DNA of 64,000 bases from Thermodesulfobacteriota bacterium (lineage in GTDB: Bacteria; Desulfobacterota; Binatia; Bin18). Below are positions 20,715 to 30,811 of this stretch, piece after piece (position 1 is the first letter of the stretch; each line of letters opens with the position of its first letter). The stretch covers positions 4,384,001-4,448,000 of the forward strand of contig OZ219926.1 of NCBI GenBank assembly GCA_964291405.2, written 5' to 3'. The notes below the pieces were generated by a model that worked only from the letters and a program-made list of their open reading frames with translations, had not been told where the DNA came from and did not search any database. The translations under genes and the position numbers were made by a program.

Positions 20715-21464
20715 TTGACCACGCAGATCGCCCAGCTGGTCAGCCTACAAGAGCTTGATCAGCGCCTTCAGCGGAAAGAGCAGCAACTGGAAGACCTCCA
20801 TCAGCAGGTTGCCAGCATCAGGTCTGAGAAGGAGACGCAGCAGCAGGAGGCCGAAGAGCGGCAACAGCGTATCAGCGAACTGGAAAGCCAACAGCGCGAG
20901 ACGGATGGCCAACTCAAGCTGGAAGAAGAAAAGATCAAAGAGAAGCGGGTCCGGTTGAATCGGGTTCGGAATGAACGCGAACAGCTCGCCCTCCAGCGTG
21001 AAATCGACTTGATGAAAGAGGCGAATGGCCAGATCGAAGAGAACATCCTGAGTGTGATGGAGCAGCTCGAAGAGGAGCGTCAACACCTCGCCGACATCCA
21101 AACGCGCCTCGAAGAGCTTGACTCCCAGCTCGCCGAAGAGGCAGTCGAGGTAGAAAAACAAATAGCGGGTTTAGAAGAGGAGACGCAGACCGACCGCAGA
21201 CAACGGGAAGAAATAGTGGCCCATTTGGACGCCGGTCTGTGCGCACGGTATGAGCGCATCTTCGGCAATCGTGGTGCCTTGGCCGTTGTGGAAGTCCGCG
21301 ACGGAACCTGCCAGGGCTGTTATATGCGTATCCCGCCGCATATGTGTAACCAGATCCAGAGTAACCAGATGCAGGGCAGCAGTGAGATCTTTCACTGTCC
21401 GCATCCCTACTGTGGGCGGATTGTGTATATACGGGTCGAGGCAGACGGGGTGTCCGGCGCGTAA
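20715..21464 (+). CDS. coiled-coil C4 zinc-ribbon protein (DUF164, CT398/HP0958-like)
   Basis: L..LQELD start, long coiled coil, then CQGC..IPP..CPHPYCGRI. TTG start follows AAAGGAGG. Confidence 0.9.
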   Translation: MTTQIAQLVSLQELDQRLQRKEQQLEDLHQQVASIRSEKETQQQEAEERQQRISELESQQRETDGQLKLEEEKIKEKRVRLNRVRNEREQLALQREIDLMKEANGQIEENILSVMEQLEEERQHLADIQTRLEELDSQLAEEAVEVEKQIAGLEEETQTDRRQREEIVAHLDAGLCARYERIFGNRGALAVVEVRDGTCQGCYMRIPPHMCNQIQSNQMQGSSEIFHCPHPYCGRIVYIRVEADGVSGA

Positions 21465-21474
21465 TAGACAGTGT

Positions 21475-21851
21475 GGGAGGAGATTAAACGGTCGCGGTCC
21501 TGCACGGCAGGAGCGAGGAAAGTCCGGACTCCGTGGGGCAGGGTGGCTGCTAATGACGGCCTGCCGTAAGGCAGGGAAAGTGCCACAGAAAAGAGACCGC
21601 CGGCCTTATTCGCCGGTAAGGGTGAAAAGGTGAGGTAAGAGCTCACCAATTCCTTGAGAGATCAAGGACGCTGGGTAAACCCCACCTGGAGCAAGATCAA
21701 ATAAGAGGAGCCCGTACTACGGGCAAGAGTCGCCCCACTCTCCCTCTGGGTTCGATCGCTCGAGCGTATCGGCAACGATACGCCTAGAGGAATGACCGTT
21801 ACCTTTTCTTATTAGGGAAGGGCACAGAATCCGGCTTACCGATCTCCTCCC
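21475..21851 (+). ncRNA. rnpB: RNase P RNA (type A)
   Basis: Conserved GAGGAAAGTCCGGACTCC, GGAAAGTGCCACAGAAA, AGGGTGAAA, GGTAAACCCCACCTGGAGCAAG and ACAGAATCCGGCTTA. P1 helix GGGAGGAGAT / ATCTCCTCCC. Confidence 0.97.
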
Positions 21852-21918
21852 CTTTTTATAGAAGGGCTCGTATGGGTAGAAACTGTTCAGACTGCCTTGC
21901 GTCCTAGGATCTGCTATC

Positions 21919-22746
21919 ATGCGGCCTCTCAGACTGGCGTTGTTGCTGTGTACAACCGTTCTCCTGGTCGTGTGGCAGAGCGGGAGCTCTACGGCGGACG
22001 ACGGGGGCAGGGCGACCGTTCAGTCCATAGAGGTCACGGCCGAACAGGTCACGATTCATCTGTCCTCAGCTTCAGTCTATACTCAGGCGGCGTTGCCCAA
22101 GGACCCGTTAAATGGGCGCGCCGACCGCTGCTATGTTGATATAGGCGGGGTGTTAGGGCAGCAGGTAGAGCGCTGGTATTTTGGAGATGCGCGGCGGGTC
22201 GAACAAGTCCGGGTGGCCCAGTTCCAGCCCCAGACGGTACGCGTCGTTCTTGATCTCCTCGCCGCTCAGCCCTGTCGGGTCGAGCAAGCTGTGAACCCGG
22301 ATCGGCTGCTGGTTATAGTTGGTCGTTCGACGCGGCCGGCCAATACGGCCAGTGTACGACTCAGGCCAGCGGAACCGCCAACTCAGATGATCCGGCAGGA
22401 GCCCACTCCTGAACAGCAGGTAGATCAAGTTGCTCGTCAGGAGCCCCCTGCTGAACTTCAGGCCTCTGGAGCGCTCGAGTATCTGGACCTGCGTACCCCG
22501 TTTTCGTCCGAAACCCAACCAGCGCAAGCCATCAGTCTTTTCGATCAGCAAACAACCGAGGGGACCACTTCCCAATTAAGTCTTCTCGATCAGCAGACAC
22601 CCGAGGAAACTGCTCCCCAATCACGTCTTTTCAGCCAGCAGGCGATCGATGAGAAATCGCTTCAATTGGCACCCCGCGGTCTGTATCTACTCCAGGAAAA
22701 GGGCCAAGAGTCGGGCTCTTCGGCCACCCATCGGCTGGAATGGTAA
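21919..22746 (+). CDS. secreted AMIN-domain protein with low-complexity Q/P/T tail
   Basis: Signal peptide, then DRCYVD..VEQVRVAQFQPQTVRVVLDL..PDRLLV (AMIN pattern). Confidence 0.75.
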   Translation: MRPLRLALLLCTTVLLVVWQSGSSTADDGGRATVQSIEVTAEQVTIHLSSASVYTQAALPKDPLNGRADRCYVDIGGVLGQQVERWYFGDARRVEQVRVAQFQPQTVRVVLDLLAAQPCRVEQAVNPDRLLVIVGRSTRPANTASVRLRPAEPPTQMIRQEPTPEQQVDQVARQEPPAELQASGALEYLDLRTPFSSETQPAQAISLFDQQTTEGTTSQLSLLDQQTPEETAPQSRLFSQQAIDEKSLQLAPRGLYLLQEKGQESGSSATHRLEW

Positions 22747-22864
22747 GCCCGGCCCGTTGCGCCGTATAGGCATTTCGGATAGTCGCTGAGTGTACTGATA
22801 CATCTTTAAATCCATACAGCTCAGCGCTCCAGTGGGTGCCATGTCTCGCTCCTGATTTGACTCA

Positions 22865-24766
22865 ATGAAGTACGCTTCCCCGCCGCATACTTTTTTCAGA
22901 TACGCCTCCTTGTGGTGGGCCGGGGGCTGGGTCGGCGTATGTATGCTCCTGCTCGCCCCGGTGGCCGTCGCTTCCGTAGCCTCTTCCTATCCCGTTCGGT
23001 CGATAACAGCCGAGACAGACCACGTGATGATCACGCTGTCAGAGGCGGTGTCTTTCACTCAAACGATGCTGCCCGGAGATGCCAAGCGTAATCTTAAAGA
23101 CCGCTGCTATGTGGACCTGACTCCCGCCGTACTCGACAGGCAGGCTCAGCGTTATGTGGCTGTTGACTCGGCAGGGATTCTTCAGGTCCGGGCGGCCCAG
23201 TTTCAAGCCGATACCGTCCGGGTTGTTCTGGACCTGGCTTCCGCTTGGTCGTGCCAGGCAATGCGCCTATCTGACCCGCCACGTTTGCAGATTTCAATTG
23301 GCCCTCCCGCAGAAGAAACCCCTCGGGCTGACGCGACAACTGAGACTGAAAGGGCTGCGTCTCCCGCAGCTACACCAGTCATAGAGTCGCAAGTGCCACC
23401 ATCGGATGCCTCTGCGCAAGCCGGTATGAAGACACACCCGCCGGAGGAGACGGAAGCGGAGCAACCCTCGACCAGAGCGAGTGTGACCATCCATCCTCTG
23501 GCCGAGCGTCCGAGTCGGGTGATCGCCCTGGAAGAGGCCTACCAGTTGGCTGTCGTCAACGAGGAGCAGGTCGCCATAGCGGCGCGCGAGCTGGCAAAAG
23601 CGAAACTCCTGCCGTGGCGGGCGGTGGCACTGATGGCGCCACGTGGAGAAATCGGAGGTGCCTATTCCCGCAACAAAGACGAGATCGCCTTTAATGCTCC
23701 GCCTGAAGCGCGGAGTCTTTTTGGTGGCTCCTCGGTCATCCGCCCCCGGAACAACTGGCTGAGTACGTTCCAAGTCACCCAACCACTGATTGAACCCTCG
23801 TTTTTCCCGTCTTGGCGACTCGGCAAAGACGCGGTTCGAGAGGAGGAAGAACGCTACGAGTTCACCATTCGCGGCGTACTGTTCGGTGTTGCCCAAGCCT
23901 ACTACGAAGTGTTGCGGTTTGAGGCCCAAGTCAAGGTCGCGCAAGATACTCTGAAGCTCGCCCAAGAGGAACTGAAACGGGCACACGTCCGATTCCGCGT
24001 CGGCGAGGTCACGAAGACCGACATATTGCGCGCCGAGGTTGCGGTCGAACGGGCCGGACGCGCCCTTATCGTTGATCGGAATCGTCTGAAACTCGCCCGT
24101 ACGGTTCTGGCCCGAACCGTGGGGCTGTCGGAAACAGTCGGTGTGCTGGAACCCACCCCACCCCAGGCAGTCGAGAGTGACTATACCAGCCTGCTTGACC
24201 AAGCGTACGCCCAGCGCCAGGACCTGAGCGCTCAGAATCTCGCTGTCCGGGTTGCCCGCGAGCGCAAGAACTTGGTCCTGACCCGCTACTTTCCACAGGT
24301 CGACGCCCAGTTTTCCTATCCCCGGCTCGATCCGGAGACCTTTGCCAACCGGGATGAATTCTGGACCTTGTTTGTGAATCTCCGCTGGCCGCTCTTTGAC
24401 GGCGGGAATCGGGAACTCGACCTGCTTGAGGCCAACGAGACGCTCTCTCAGACGGAATTGCGCGTGACTGAACTGGAGAAAGAGATTCGGGTTGAGGTCC
24501 GGGAAGCGTTATTAAGCGTTGAGACTTTACACGCCACGCTGGAGACCCTGCACAAAGAGGTCGCGCTTGCCCGAGAGAATTATGAGATGACGTCGAAGCA
24601 ATACCGGGTCGGGCTCTCGACCAGCCTCGATGTCAATACCTCGCTGAATACCCTCAACCAGGTCCGGACGCAGCTGATCGATCAAACCTATACCTACCAG
24701 ATCGCCTTACTGAATCTCGACAACGCCGTTGGTGTCTTTGCCCAGGACTATCTGCCTCAACGCTGA
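22865..24766 (+). CDS. AMIN domain fused to TolC-family outer-membrane efflux protein
   Basis: N-terminal AMIN (QVRAAQFQADTVRVVLDL), P/T/E linker, then OEP repeats (VAQAYYEVL, RFRVGEVTKTDILRAE, YRVGLSTSLDV). Confidence 0.88.
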   Translation: MKYASPPHTFFRYASLWWAGGWVGVCMLLLAPVAVASVASSYPVRSITAETDHVMITLSEAVSFTQTMLPGDAKRNLKDRCYVDLTPAVLDRQAQRYVAVDSAGILQVRAAQFQADTVRVVLDLASAWSCQAMRLSDPPRLQISIGPPAEETPRADATTETERAASPAATPVIESQVPPSDASAQAGMKTHPPEETEAEQPSTRASVTIHPLAERPSRVIALEEAYQLAVVNEEQVAIAARELAKAKLLPWRAVALMAPRGEIGGAYSRNKDEIAFNAPPEARSLFGGSSVIRPRNNWLSTFQVTQPLIEPSFFPSWRLGKDAVREEEERYEFTIRGVLFGVAQAYYEVLRFEAQVKVAQDTLKLAQEELKRAHVRFRVGEVTKTDILRAEVAVERAGRALIVDRNRLKLARTVLARTVGLSETVGVLEPTPPQAVESDYTSLLDQAYAQRQDLSAQNLAVRVARERKNLVLTRYFPQVDAQFSYPRLDPETFANRDEFWTLFVNLRWPLFDGGNRELDLLEANETLSQTELRVTELEKEIRVEVREALLSVETLHATLETLHKEVALARENYEMTSKQYRVGLSTSLDVNTSLNTLNQVRTQLIDQTYTYQIALLNLDNAVGVFAQDYLPQR

Positions 24767-25389
24767 CGCCCGTTGACGAGAGTAATAAATTCTTCCCGGG
24801 TTTCCTGATGGGTCCGAAAGGCTCCCAGGGTGGCGCTGGTCGTGACGATCGAGTTCTGTTTTTCCACTCCCCGCATCCGCATGCAGAGGTGTTCGGCGGT
24901 GATGATAACGCCAACGCCGAGCGGGTTGAGCTCTTCCATGAGGGTGTTGGCCACTTGGGTGGTGATCCGTTCCTGGACCTGCAAGCGCCGGGCATACACG
25001 TCAACCAGGCGCGCGATCTTGCTGATCCCCACAATACGCTTGTCCGGAATATAGGCCACATTGGCCCGACCAAAAAAAGGCAGGATGTGATGCTCACACA
25101 TTGAGAAGAAGTCGATATCCTTGACGACAATCATCTCGGAGTAGTCTTCTTCGGTAAAGATAGCTCCGTTAATGACCTCCTTCGGGTCTTGTTGATAGCC
25201 TTTGGTGAGATATTCAAACGCGCGGGCCACCCGATACGGGGTCTTGAGTAAACCTTCCCGATCGGGGTCTTCTCCCATGTGTTGGAGAATATTGCGCACG
25301 TATCCCTCGATACCGTCTGGTGAGTCCGGCGCTGTCTGAGAGTCCAATTCTGAGTGCATCTCATTGTATAGGGCGCGTTGCGAACTCAT
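24757..25389 (-). CDS. folE: GTP cyclohydrolase I
   Basis: Motifs GEDPDREGLLKTPYRV, SMCEHHILPF, RRLQVQER and HLCMRMRGV. Start may be at 25389 or 25359. Confidence 0.97.
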   Translation of the reverse strand: MSSQRALYNEMHSELDSQTAPDSPDGIEGYVRNILQHMGEDPDREGLLKTPYRVARAFEYLTKGYQQDPKEVINGAIFTEEDYSEMIVVKDIDFFSMCEHHILPFFGRANVAYIPDKRIVGISKIARLVDVYARRLQVQERITTQVANTLMEELNPLGVGVIITAEHLCMRMRGVEKQNSIVTTSATLGAFRTHQETREEFITLVNGRQR

Positions 25390-25491
25390 ACCAATATACC
25401 GCTCCTTACTGCATATCCTGTTACTGCCAAGAGGAGAAGAGGAACACCATAGCGAGTCTGAGTCGTCCGGATAAGCGGGGTGCACTCAGCG

Positions 25492-27096
25492 CTACATGCG
25501 AAAGACTCCGACCTGATGGTCGGGAATGGGCGCGTTGAGTGACATGGCAATGCTGAGTCCGAGGACGTCCCGGGTCTCTGTGGGGTCAATGATGCCGTCA
25601 TCCCACAGGCGCGCGGTCGAGTAGTAGGGGCTCCCTTCTTCTTCATATTTCGCCAGCGTTGGCGCGGTAAATGCCTGCTGTTCCTCCGCGCTCATCGTCT
25701 CTCCTTTGGCCGCCAGTTGCTGTAACTTGACGGTCAGCAGAACCGATGACGCCTGCTCTCCCCCCATGACCGAAATCCGGGAATTCGGCCACATAAAGAG
25801 TAAACGTGGAGAATACGCCCGGCCACACATCCCGTAGTTGCCCGCACCGTGAGACGCACCAATAAGAATGCTGAACTTGGGCACTTGGGCGTTGGCTACG
25901 GCATGGACCATTTTCGCTCCATCCTTGGCAATACCTCCCTGTTCATACTGCTTACCGACCATAAAGCCGGTGATGTTCTGGAGGAACAGAAGAGGGATTT
26001 TTCGCTGACTGCACAGCTCAATAAAGTGAGTGGCTTTGAGGGCCGACTCGGAAAACAGCACGCCATTATTGGCCACGATACCAATCAGATAGCCGTGCAG
26101 ACGCGCAAATCCGGTGACGACCGTTGGACTGTAGCGCGGCTTGAACTCATGTAGACGGCTCCCATCGACCAGGCGCGCAATGACCTCGTGGACACCGTAC
26201 GGGACGCGGGTATCGTGTGGAATCACGCCGTACAACTCGGCCGGGTCATAGGCCGGGTCCTCCGGCGTTTCCCGGTCAAGCGGGAACTTCTGGGGGCGAG
26301 GTAAATTCTCGAAAATCGAGCGAGTGATTTCCAGGGCGTGGGTATCATCCTCGGCCAGGTGGTCCGATACGCCGGACACCCGTGTATGCACGTCTCCGCC
26401 GCCGAGTTCTTCCGCCGTCACCTCCTCACCCGTGGCCGCCTTCACCAGCGGCGGCCCACCCAGAAAAATGGTGCCCTGATCTTTGACGATAACGTTCTCA
26501 TCCGCCATGGCCGGCACATACGCCCCCCCGGCCGTGCAGGACCCCATCACAACGGCGATCTGCGGGATGCCCTGGGCAGACATGCGGGCTTCGTTGTAGA
26601 AAATACGCCCAAAGTGTTCGCGGTCCGGAAAAATATCAGCCTGAAAGGGCAGGTTCGCGCCGCCGGAATCCACCAGATACACACACGGCAGGCGGTTCTC
26701 TTGACCGATTTCCTGGGCACGCAAGTGCTTTTTGACGGTCATGGGATAATAGGTGCCGCCTTTGACCGTGGCATCGTTGGAAACAATGACGGTCTCGCGG
26801 CCCTGAATCAGCCCGACGCCGGTGACAATGCCGGCCGAGGGCGGATTGTCATACATGCCGTGAGCGGCCAGGGGAGACAGCTCCAGAAATGGCGTATTCG
26901 GGTCAAGCAGGGCCTCAATCCGTTCGCGAGCCAGCAGCTTCCCTCGGGCCTTATGCCGCTCGCGCGACGCTTCCGGCCCACCCAGCCGGGCCGCAGCCGT
27001 CTCTTTTTTGAGGGTGTCCACCAAGGCGGCCATATGGGCCGTGTTGTCCTGGAACTCGGGTGAGCGCGTTTTGATCTTGCTTTCAATGCGATCCAT
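25492..27096 (-). CDS. acyl-CoA carboxylase carboxyltransferase subunit (methylcrotonyl-CoA carboxylase beta type)
   Basis: Motifs [40 protein letters not shown] and [11 protein letters not shown]. Confidence 0.93.
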   Translation of the reverse strand: MDRIESKIKTRSPEFQDNTAHMAALVDTLKKETAAARLGGPEASRERHKARGKLLARERIEALLDPNTPFLELSPLAAHGMYDNPPSAGIVTGVGLIQGRETVIVSNDATVKGGTYYPMTVKKHLRAQEIGQENRLPCVYLVDSGGANLPFQADIFPDREHFGRIFYNEARMSAQGIPQIAVVMGSCTAGGAYVPAMADENVIVKDQGTIFLGGPPLVKAATGEEVTAEELGGGDVHTRVSGVSDHLAEDDTHALEITRSIFENLPRPQKFPLDRETPEDPAYDPAELYGVIPHDTRVPYGVHEVIARLVDGSRLHEFKPRYSPTVVTGFARLHGYLIGIVANNGVLFSESALKATHFIELCSQRKIPLLFLQNITGFMVGKQYEQGGIAKDGAKMVHAVANAQVPKFSILIGASHGAGNYGMCGRAYSPRLLFMWPNSRISVMGGEQASSVLLTVKLQQLAAKGETMSAEEQQAFTAPTLAKYEEEGSPYYSTARLWDDGIIDPTETRDVLGLSIAMSLNAPIPDHQVGVFRM

Positions 27097-27125
27097 AATA
27101 GAGAAAACGGGCCAACCAACAGCCC

Positions 27126-27998
27126 TCATTCATAGCGCAGGTCATTCAGCCGCCAATAGACGGCCGTGTCCTTTAAGTTCTCATTCTGCTGTATCCAGTC
27201 CCAGGCGGTCCCGCCGTCCTTAGCCTGTGCCTTCGGGTCAGCGCCCGCGTCCAGTAAGACTGCCACTACTGCGGGGTTCTCATTGGACCTCACTGCCAGA
27301 TGCAGTGGGGTCCATCCGTCTTTATTCCGTGCATTGACCTCCGCCCCGGCCTCCAACAGCACCATCACCATCTCTAGGGTTGCTCTCCCCGTCGCCCAAT
27401 GCAGTGGGGTGTTGCCGTCCTTAGCCCGTGCATTGACTTCCGCCCCGGCCTCCAACAATGCTGTCACCGTCTCCGGGCTCGCTCCCCCCGTCGCGTAATG
27501 TAGTGGGGTGTTACCATATTCTTTATTCCGTGCATTGACCTCCGCTCCGGCCTCCACCAACGCCGTCACTGTCTCTGGACTTGTATTCCACGCAGCGTGG
27601 TGCAGTGGGGCGTCGCCGTCCTTAGCCCGTACATTGACCTTCGCCCCAGCCTCCAACAGCGCTGTCACCATCTCTGGGGTTGCACCCCTTGCCGCCCTAT
27701 GCAGTGGGGTCCATCCGTCTTTATTCCGTGCATTGACCTCCGCTCCGGCCTCCACCAACGCCGTCACTGTCTCCGGGCTTGCATACATCGCCGCGAAATA
27801 CAGTGGGGTCCCGCCGCCCTCGTTCCGTGCTTGAGGGTCCGCGCCTTTGGCAAGCTCGGCCTGTACGTCCGCTGGTGTGGCCGACTTCCAGAATTCCCAG
27901 TTGCACAGTCGTCCGCAGTCACCGGCCTGAGCGGGCGATAGGGTACTTGTGACAAGCATTGCCAGAGCGCCCAGAACTCGGCACAAAAATGTTGTCAT
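27126..27998 (-). CDS. secreted ankyrin-repeat protein (about 6 repeats plus caps)
   Basis: Signal peptide MTTFLC..AQA, 33-aa repeats G.TPLH.A....[16 protein letters not shown], and ~99-bp DNA repeats. Confidence 0.93.
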   Translation of the reverse strand: MTTFLCRVLGALAMLVTSTLSPAQAGDCGRLCNWEFWKSATPADVQAELAKGADPQARNEGGGTPLYFAAMYASPETVTALVEAGAEVNARNKDGWTPLHRAARGATPEMVTALLEAGAKVNVRAKDGDAPLHHAAWNTSPETVTALVEAGAEVNARNKEYGNTPLHYATGGASPETVTALLEAGAEVNARAKDGNTPLHWATGRATLEMVMVLLEAGAEVNARNKDGWTPLHLAVRSNENPAVVAVLLDAGADPKAQAKDGGTAWDWIQQNENLKDTAVYWRLNDLRYE

Positions 27999-28047
27999 CC
28001 GTATTGTTCTCGTCGCTTGTTTCAGAGCCCGTACCGCTCCAGAGCCA

Positions 28048-28983
28048 TTACGAGACGAAGTGGGGAACAATTTTTTGTCCAAAGGTCTCGACCTGCCCCA
28101 CCAACTGGTCCGGTGGAGCAACGGGCCAGAGCACGAACTTGGAGCAGCCCTCATCAATATATGCCTGGACTTTCTCCATACACATCTCTGCCGGCCCGAT
28201 CGCCGAGCGGGCGATCAGCGGTTCGGCTGACATGGTGGGAAAATCAGACAGAAACGCGCGCGCGATCTCGTCGGCCTTTTTTTGGTTCTCATTAATGTGA
28301 GTGAAGATCAGCACACCGGTTTCGTCCGGGTCCACCTCGCGGTCATACTGTTTGCCGTACGAGATCAACTTCTCCAACCCAACCGCATATTCCTGGGGAG
28401 TGACGAGCGACGGAAACCAGCCGTCACCATAGCGCGCCGTACGCTTGATAGCCAAATCGCTGCCGCCCCCAATCCAGACATCGAGCGCGCCCTTTGCCGG
28501 GCGGGGTTCAATGGTCACGTCCTCAAACTGATAAAACTCGCCCTGATGGGTCACATTGGGACCGGCCCAGAGCTTGCGCATGACTTCAACCGCTTCCGCC
28601 ATGCGTTTGCCCCGTTTTTCCAGAGGCACGCCGCATGCCTGGCAGTCTTTGGGGTCGCTCCCCAGGCCGACCGCCATGATGACTCGATTGCAGCTCCCCG
28701 ACAGATAATCCAGGGTGGCATAGGTTTTGGCAACCTGAACAGGATCGCGGGCCGGCATGGTCAACACGCTCGGGCCCATTTTGATGCGCTTCGTACGACC
28801 GGCCCACATCGCCATAATACAGGCCGTATCAAACGAAGGGTTGCGCGCCACAATATGATCGGACAGCCAGATGGAGTCGATCCCCTGATCCTCGGCCCGC
28901 TCAGCGTAGTCACAGATTGTGTCCGGACTCGGTAAGCCCAGTCCCCACAAGCCAAAGCCAATACCTATTTTCGTTCCGCCCAT
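28048..28983 (-). CDS. LLM class oxidoreductase (probably F420-dependent type)
   Basis: Motifs IDSIWLSDH, AKTYATLDYLS and VWIGGGS..AIKRTARYGDGW. Confidence 0.88.
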   Translation of the reverse strand: MGGTKIGIGFGLWGLGLPSPDTICDYAERAEDQGIDSIWLSDHIVARNPSFDTACIMAMWAGRTKRIKMGPSVLTMPARDPVQVAKTYATLDYLSGSCNRVIMAVGLGSDPKDCQACGVPLEKRGKRMAEAVEVMRKLWAGPNVTHQGEFYQFEDVTIEPRPAKGALDVWIGGGSDLAIKRTARYGDGWFPSLVTPQEYAVGLEKLISYGKQYDREVDPDETGVLIFTHINENQKKADEIARAFLSDFPTMSAEPLIARSAIGPAEMCMEKVQAYIDEGCSKFVLWPVAPPDQLVGQVETFGQKIVPHFVS

Positions 28984-29060
28984 GTGAACGCTCCCTGTTC
29001 TCGTGAAGATTGCCGGATACTGTACCAGAAAGCTCTACGGTGAGAAATGGCGGACGCCCT

Positions 29061-29714
29061 CTAGCATAACTCAGCGGCTAAATGATGCCGGTCATTCAGT
29101 GCGGCGAGCCGCCACATGGCAAAGGGGCCAAACTCGGTAAAAGTCAGGCTGTTAATAGAGGCCAGATCAATTTTGAGACGATGAACCTGAGCGAGATCAA
29201 GACCGAGCGCGGCGCAGATCGTGACCGCAATCGTCAGCGTGTGGCTGACCACGACAACCGGCCCGGTCAACTCGTGCGGGTCGAGCTGTCGCAGCCGGTC
29301 AAGAATCGGCCAGGCGCGCTGTTGAACGGCGCTTAACGGTTCACCTCCTGGTGGAGCAGTCCCGGCCGGGTCGGCCAGCCAGCGCTCAAAAAAGCCCGGA
29401 TAGTCTTGCATTAACTCCGGACCGGTCAGCCCTTCTAACCGGCCCTGGTTCCATTCCTTGAGTTCGTCATAACACTCCAGTGAGATCGTGTGCGCTTGAG
29501 CGATCAACGCCGCGGTATCGCGCGCGCGTTGCAGCGGGCTGGTCAGGATCCGACAGATGGGCTTGCGCTCAAATGTGTTCGCCACCGCCCGTGCTTGATG
29601 ACGGCCTTTCTCGGTCAGCGGGATATCCGTCACGCCCTGGCAGCGGCCCTCTTCATTCCAGGCTGTTTCTCCGTGACGGATCAGATATAGTGTCAGCGGC
29701 TGCTTGTTGGACAT
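29061..29714 (-). CDS. histidine phosphatase (phosphoglycerate mutase/CobC-like)
   Basis: Motifs LIRHGETAWN, SPLQRARDTA and VVVSH. Confidence 0.93.
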   Translation of the reverse strand: MSNKQPLTLYLIRHGETAWNEEGRCQGVTDIPLTEKGRHQARAVANTFERKPICRILTSPLQRARDTAALIAQAHTISLECYDELKEWNQGRLEGLTGPELMQDYPGFFERWLADPAGTAPPGGEPLSAVQQRAWPILDRLRQLDPHELTGPVVVVSHTLTIAVTICAALGLDLAQVHRLKIDLASINSLTFTEFGPFAMWRLAALNDRHHLAAELC

Positions 29715-29746
29715 AGTCGGGTCTCAAGACTCTCTGTGGTTTGATT

Positions 29747-30040
29747 ATGGATGATAATATCCGGCTGACGCAGGACCTCCAACAGGTCGACGCTCTCGAA
29801 GCGGAATACCGCACTTGGCGGGTTGCCGTCATCCGTCTCGGACGAGGCATTGACGAGGTTGAGCGTCGCCTGTGTGAGAGGAATCAGGACGCTCACGTAC
29901 GTCCTGCTGACCTCAGGTCCAGGCTGTCCGAAGTCCGAGAGCAGCATGACAGACTCGAAGCCAGACTCGACCGCATTCGGGCGCAACTGGAAGAAGCGCA
30001 TGCGCGGTTGGAGCGGACATCCTCATCTTCCTCACGGTAA
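29747..30040 (+). CDS. hypothetical coiled-coil protein
   Basis: Heptad-rich ~97-aa ORF filling the gap between two minus-strand genes. Confidence 0.5.
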   Translation: MDDNIRLTQDLQQVDALEAEYRTWRVAVIRLGRGIDEVERRLCERNQDAHVRPADLRSRLSEVREQHDRLEARLDRIRAQLEEAHARLERTSSSSSR

Positions 30041-30811
30041 CACCGCAATAATCCGAACCGGTGCGCCTGAGCCTTTGACGATCTTCATGGGTAGGGCAAT
30101 AAGTGTTGCCCCGCGTGGCGGCAGTTGGTCCAGATTGGCGATATTTTCCAAACCCGGTTTATTGGCCCCATTCAGAATCCGGTGCGCAATAAAATCCTGC
30201 GACTGGCCGTAGTCGAGGCTGGGCGTATCCACCCCTACCGCATCTATGTCGCGTTGCGACACAAGGAACTCGGCGGCCTCTCGTGAAAAACCCGGAAAGT
30301 GGAGATTCGCCACATCGCCCGGCTGGTCCGTGCCTAAGTAGCGTTTTTTATCCGGCCAGTACTTTCCCCAGCCGCTGAACATGAGCACGAGCGCCCCTGG
30401 GGGAATCTCGCCGTGCGTGGACTCCCAGGCCTGAATATCCGCTACGGTGACGCGGTAATCGGCGTCCTCAGCGGCCTTGGCACTGACGTCAATTACCACC
30501 GCCGGGCCGACAAGCTGTGCGACCGGTACCTCGCTGGCGGTCCGCTTGCCTTCCGCAAAATGAATCGGGGCATCCATATGCGTGCCGCTATGCTCGGCCA
30601 GACAGATATTATTGGCCGCGTACCAAAAGCCAGCGTCCGTTCTTTGGGCGGCCACGACTTCGAGTGCATACGGTTTGGCCGTGGGCCACGAGATCGTGTG
30701 TTCATCGTACGGATATGTCAGATCAATGATCTTGCTTTCGTCGAGGGCCAGTCCCGGCCGACTTATCAGCCACAGACCTAACAGCACAAACAATGTCAGG
30801 GACCGTTTCAT
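30032..30811 (-). CDS. cyclase family (kynurenine formamidase/isatin hydrolase-like) with signal peptide
   Basis: Motifs EHSGTHMDAPIHF, GVDTPSLD and LENIANL..GSGAPVR. Confidence 0.92.
   Translation of the reverse strand: MKRSLTLFVLLGLWLISRPGLALDESKIIDLTYPYDEHTISWPTAKPYALEVVAAQRTDAGFWYAANNICLAEHSGTHMDAPIHFAEGKRTASEVPVAQLVGPAVVIDVSAKAAEDADYRVTVADIQAWESTHGEIPPGALVLMFSGWGKYWPDKKRYLGTDQPGDVANLHFPGFSREAAEFLVSQRDIDAVGVDTPSLDYGQSQDFIAHRILNGANKPGLENIANLDQLPPRGATLIALPMKIVKGSGAPVRIIAVLP

Noticed and set aside
27280-27830. ~99-bp periodic DNA repeats as a possible CRISPR array or DGR template
   Set aside because: They are in-frame ankyrin units. There are no cas or reverse transcriptase genes in the window.
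27999-28157. N-terminal extension of the ankyrin ORF
   Set aside because: It overlaps the LLM gene. The signal peptide starts at ATG 27998.
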